A stretch of DNA of 64,000 nucleotides from Gammaproteobacteria bacterium (GTDB lineage Bacteria > Pseudomonadota > Gammaproteobacteria > SZUA-140). The DNA lies in the NCBI GenBank assembly GCA_020847075.1, contig JADLCS010000046.1:6295-70294 (forward strand). Reading direction: 5' to 3'. Below the pieces are notes generated by a model, which worked only from the letters and a program-made list of their open reading frames with translations, was not told the origin of the DNA and made no database searches. This document shows, in pieces, positions 60,896 to 64,000 of this stretch (position 1 is the first letter of the stretch; each line of letters begins with the position of its first letter). A program made the position numbers and the translations under genes.

Positions 60896-61639
60896 ATGAG
60901 TGACTGGATCCAAGGACGCGTGGTCGGAAAACATCACTGGACCGACGAATTGTATTCGCTCCGCATCGAGGCCGCCGTCGAGCCCTTCCGCGCGGGCCAG
61001 TTCACCCGGCTCGCGCTCGATATCGACGGCGAGCGGGTCGGCCGCCCCTATTCCTACGTCAACGCCCCGGACGAGCATCCGCTGGAATTCTATTTCATCA
61101 CCATCCCGCACGGACCGCTCACCGACCGTCTGCGCCAGTTGCGGATCGGCGACCCGATCTGGGTGGGCGCGCGCGCCGGCGGCTTCTTCACGCTCGCCGC
61201 CGTGCCCGACGCGCGCCACCTGTGGTTGTTCGCCAGCGGTACCGCGCTCGGCGTGTTCCTGTCCCAGCTCAAGACGGATGAGCCGTGGCGGCGCTTCGAC
61301 AAGATCATCCTGGCGCACGGCGTGCGAACGGCCGGCGAGCTCACCTACCGGAACGAGATCGCGCGCTTCTCCGAGACCCACGGGGAACGTTTCGTCTACG
61401 TCCCGTTCGTCAGCCGCGAGGAGACCGACTTCGCCCTGAGCGGACGCATCCCGGACGCGATCCTCGACGGCCGCCTGGAACGGCGCGCGGGCGTCGCGCT
61501 CACGGCGACCACCTGTCAGGTCATGATCTGCGGCAACCCCGACATGGTGCGCGACACCGCCGCCGTGCTGGAAGGGCGCGGCCTGAAGAAGAACCGTCGC
61601 ACGGAACCCGGGCAGATAACCACGGAAAACTACTGGTAG
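60896..61639 (+). CDS. fpr: ferredoxin--NADP+ reductase
   Basis: 247 aa from ATG 60896; RPYSYVN FAD-binding motif, LFASGTALGVF NADP fold, C-terminal ..TENYW. Confidence 0.9.
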   Translation: MSDWIQGRVVGKHHWTDELYSLRIEAAVEPFRAGQFTRLALDIDGERVGRPYSYVNAPDEHPLEFYFITIPHGPLTDRLRQLRIGDPIWVGARAGGFFTLAAVPDARHLWLFASGTALGVFLSQLKTDEPWRRFDKIILAHGVRTAGELTYRNEIARFSETHGERFVYVPFVSREETDFALSGRIPDAILDGRLERRAGVALTATTCQVMICGNPDMVRDTAAVLEGRGLKKNRRTEPGQITTENYW

Positions 61640-61648
61640 ACCGCACGC

Positions 61649-61957
61649 ATGAAAACGCCACGAGCAGACACCTACGCCGGCATCGAGCAGGACGACTTCG
61701 GCGGCATGACCCCGGCCGGGACGCTCATCCGCGACGCCCGGGTCTTCGGCCTGCTGCCCGAGCAGGAGACCTGCGCCGGCTGGTCCCCCGCGCAGATGCA
61801 GCAGCTCTACGACCGCGTGCATGACGCATGGGAGCCTTACGGCCATCTGGTCAGCCGCCTGCCGCCGGAACTGGCGGAACGCCACGAGCGCATCCACGGC
61901 GCCGCCATCGCGCGGGCGCGGGCGCTGGGCTGGACCCCGCTGCTGGAAGACGATTGA
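61649..61957 (+). CDS. hypothetical protein (102 aa), function unknown
   Basis: Strong G/C third-position bias and a balanced, non-repetitive composition. Begins 10 nt after the fpr stop. No motif I recognise. Confidence 0.55.
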   Translation: MKTPRADTYAGIEQDDFGGMTPAGTLIRDARVFGLLPEQETCAGWSPAQMQQLYDRVHDAWEPYGHLVSRLPPELAERHERIHGAAIARARALGWTPLLEDD

Positions 61958-62012
61958 CCCGCGAGCCGAAGGGATTGCGTTACAATGGCCCGATGCCCAC
62001 GGATCCTCCCGC

Positions 62013-62372
62013 ATGACGTCGATCACCCCGCCGCGCGACGATGAAGGCGGCGTGCGGCGGCGGTTGCAGCGCGCCGCGACGGCGCCGGTCGACAAGACCC
62101 GCCGCGTCGCCGCGAAGGCCGCGCCGCGCCCCGTCACGGGGCAGCGGGACGACGCGGAGCGGGGCGGGGACGCGCCGGCACGGCGGTCGCCCGGTCCGGG
62201 ACGCCGGCAGCAGGAACGCCGCCGCCGGCGCACCGTCGTCCTGCTCGACACGCGCAGCCCGGTGGGCAACCGGCGCCGCGGCACGCGGCGCGACGACGAC
62301 CGCCGCCTCCCCCGCGGAGAGGCGGGAGACCCGCCCGCCGGCGCGGTGCTCGAGGACGACCTCTATGCCTGA
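62013..62372 (+). CDS. hypothetical Arg-rich, probably disordered protein (119 aa)
   Basis: ATG 62013 inside tracked ORF 61821..62372. High GC3, but the low-complexity R/D/P/A composition could equally arise from non-coding GC-rich DNA. Confidence 0.3.
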   Translation: MTSITPPRDDEGGVRRRLQRAATAPVDKTRRVAAKAAPRPVTGQRDDAERGGDAPARRSPGPGRRQQERRRRRTVVLLDTRSPVGNRRRGTRRDDDRRLPRGEAGDPPAGAVLEDDLYA

Positions 62373-62450
62373 ACGACGCGCTCCCGGCCGTCCCGACCCT
62401 CGAGACGGCGATCATCCATCAGACCCGAGAAGACAAACCCGGAACACACC

Positions 62451-62990
62451 ATGAATATCCCGATCCCGTTCACGCCCCGCGCGCTCAATCTGCTGGGCTT
62501 CGTCGCCTGCGTCGGCCTGATGGCGGCGGCGCTCGTGCTGCAATACGTCGAAGGACTGGAACCCTGCCCGCTGTGCATACTGCAACGGGTGGCCGTCATG
62601 CTGCTCGGCGGGGTCTTCCTGATCGCCGCCCTGCACAACCCCGCGGCGACCGGACGCCGCCTCTATGCCGTTGCCTGTCTGCTCATCGCCGCCGTCGGCG
62701 CCGGCGTCGCGGGGCGTCATGTCTGGCTGCAGCATCTGCCGCCGGAAGAGGTGCCGCCCTGCGGCCCCGGGATGGATTACATCCTGGAGACCTTTCCCTT
62801 CTCCAAGGCGCTCGCGATCATCCTGCGCGGCTCGGGGGATTGTGCCGCCCTCGACTGGACCCTGCTCGGCCTGAGCATACCCGGATGGACGCTGGTGGCC
62901 TTCATCGGGTTCTGCGCACTGGCGCTGGTGCTGCTGGTCTACCGCTTCCCCGCGCCCGGCGGACTGCGCTTCGGCACGCGGCTGCGCTGA
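62451..62990 (+). CDS. dsbB: disulfide bond formation protein B
   Basis: 179 aa, four TM helices, first-loop CPLC (GLEPCPLCILQR) and a second periplasmic Cys pair (PPCGPG...GDCA). Confidence 0.92.
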   Translation: MNIPIPFTPRALNLLGFVACVGLMAAALVLQYVEGLEPCPLCILQRVAVMLLGGVFLIAALHNPAATGRRLYAVACLLIAAVGAGVAGRHVWLQHLPPEEVPPCGPGMDYILETFPFSKALAIILRGSGDCAALDWTLLGLSIPGWTLVAFIGFCALALVLLVYRFPAPGGLRFGTRLR

Positions 62991-63002
62991 CGGGACAGCG
63001 GG

Positions 63003-63803
63003 CTAGCGCTCGACCTTGCCCGCACGGCTCTGCGCGTAGGCGTTCTTGACGAAGGTATAGGGATCGAGCGATTCGCGTTTGATGACTTCGTAGGTATCCT
63101 TGTCGAGCGACACGTAATTCACCGTGTCCAGCGCCTTCAGGGCCACGATCTCCGAGGTCTCGTCGGGCACGATCACGACCGGATCGAAGTAATAGCCGTC
63201 GACGAAACTGCCGATGCCGTCGCGCGCGCTGCTCGACCCGAACACCGGCAGCACCAGATAGAATCCCTGCCCGACGCCGTAGTTCCCCAGGGTCTGCCCG
63301 AAATCCTCGTCCTTTTCGCGCAGGCCCAGATATTTTCGCGCGGGATCGAACAGGCCGCCGATCCCGACCGTGGTATTCACGCCGAACCGCAGCAGTTCGC
63401 CGCCGGCGTCCAGCAGCTTGAACTGGAACAGCGCGTTCACCATGCGGATCGGCGCGGCGAGATTGGAAAAAAAGTTCGACACCGAGACCCGCATCCCCTG
63501 CGGCAACACCCGGTAGGCGCGCGCCGTCGGCTTGAGCACGTAGAAATACAGCCGGTCGTTGAAGGCGAAGATCGCGCGGTTCATCGGTTCCAGCGGATCC
63601 GCGATGATCTCGCCGTCATCCTCCCCGAACTCATCGTCGTAGGGATCCGCCTCGTCCTGCTGCGTCACCGCATCGTCCGCCGCCGCCGCGGGCTCCGCGT
63701 CCGCGCCGTCGACCCGCCCGTGGAACAGGGCGGCGCACACACACAAGGCGGCCCCCAGCCGTCGCCAGTACGCCGCCGGCCACCTGTCCGCCTCGTCCGT
63801 CAT
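63003..63803 (-). CDS. mlaA: MlaA/VacJ family outer-membrane lipoprotein
   Basis: DPLEPMNRAIFAFNDRLYFYVLKPTARAYRVLPQ..VSNFFSNLAAPIRMVNALFQ is the MlaA core. Start set at ATG 63803 (hydrophobic LGAALCVCAAL follows). The tracked ORF extends to 63923; the start is uncertain. Confidence 0.88.
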   Translation of the reverse strand: MTDEADRWPAAYWRRLGAALCVCAALFHGRVDGADAEPAAAADDAVTQQDEADPYDDEFGEDDGEIIADPLEPMNRAIFAFNDRLYFYVLKPTARAYRVLPQGMRVSVSNFFSNLAAPIRMVNALFQFKLLDAGGELLRFGVNTTVGIGGLFDPARKYLGLREKDEDFGQTLGNYGVGQGFYLVLPVFGSSSARDGIGSFVDGYYFDPVVIVPDETSEIVALKALDTVNYVSLDKDTYEVIKRESLDPYTFVKNAYAQSRAGKVER

Positions 63804-64000
63804 GACCCGCTCGCGCGTACTCATGCCTGTATGGAATCCCGTGATCATGCGCCCGTCCAGATCGCCGCGTCGCCCGCCGCGCGGCGGAATTCCGCCGACG
63901 CCCGGCCCTGCGCAGTGTGACATCGCCGCCGGCGGAATGGTAGTGGCGGCCTGCGCCTTCCCGCCCGGCGCGTACGCCGCTCTGGTGACAAACGATCCGC

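Overview
Very GC-rich window (about two-thirds G+C by eye, not computed), densely packed with core gammaproteobacterial genes. No rRNA, tRNA, CRISPR array, transposase, integrase or recognisable defence or toxin cassette was found. Order left to right: an M16 peptidase pair, rsmD, coaD, a ferredoxin, ggt, xthA, pyrE. Then a short AT-rich islet, a TSUP exporter, a DUF4124 protein, argB-algC-dut-coaBC, radC, rpmB-rpmG, a desaturase, argJ, secA, an M23 peptidase and a DUF721/DciA-like gene. The complete dcw cluster follows on the minus strand (lpxC, ftsZ, ftsA, ftsQ, ddl, murB, murC, murG, ftsW, murD, mraY, murF, murE, ftsI, ftsL, rsmH, mraZ), then RNase P RNA (rnpB). After that come rsmI-lpoA-yraN-BON, a GlcD-like oxidase, sspB-sspA, djlA, and cbbR divergent from a cbbL-cbbS-cbbQ-cbbO RuBisCO operon. 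The window ends with a TraB-family protein, a pirin, a pentapeptide-repeat lipoprotein, a rubredoxin-reductase-like flavoprotein, fpr, two uncharacterised ORFs, dsbB and mlaA. As far as I recall, the synteny matches Pseudomonas (argJ-secA...lpxC-dcw-mraZ-rnpB-rsmI-lpoA...sspBA; argB-algC-dut-coaBC-radC-rpmBG). The cbb operon suggests an autotroph (inference). I see no convincing multi-gene novel system. The most unusual signal is three spacers built on one plan (tandem 7-mers, a core, the same 7-mers inverted), each using a different 7-mer; one sits inside the cbbL-cbbS spacer. Other points: an AT-rich islet with a zinc-ribbon/TM/SHOCT gene and mini-ORFs; a 28-codon upstream ORF with a consensus SD overlapping the pirin reading frame; a sensor-like N-terminal extension on AlgC with an internal SD-ATG; a textbook mraZ promoter with GTGGG operator repeats; and two small palindromic repeat families. 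The many long antisense ORFs in the track are GC-driven shadow frames.
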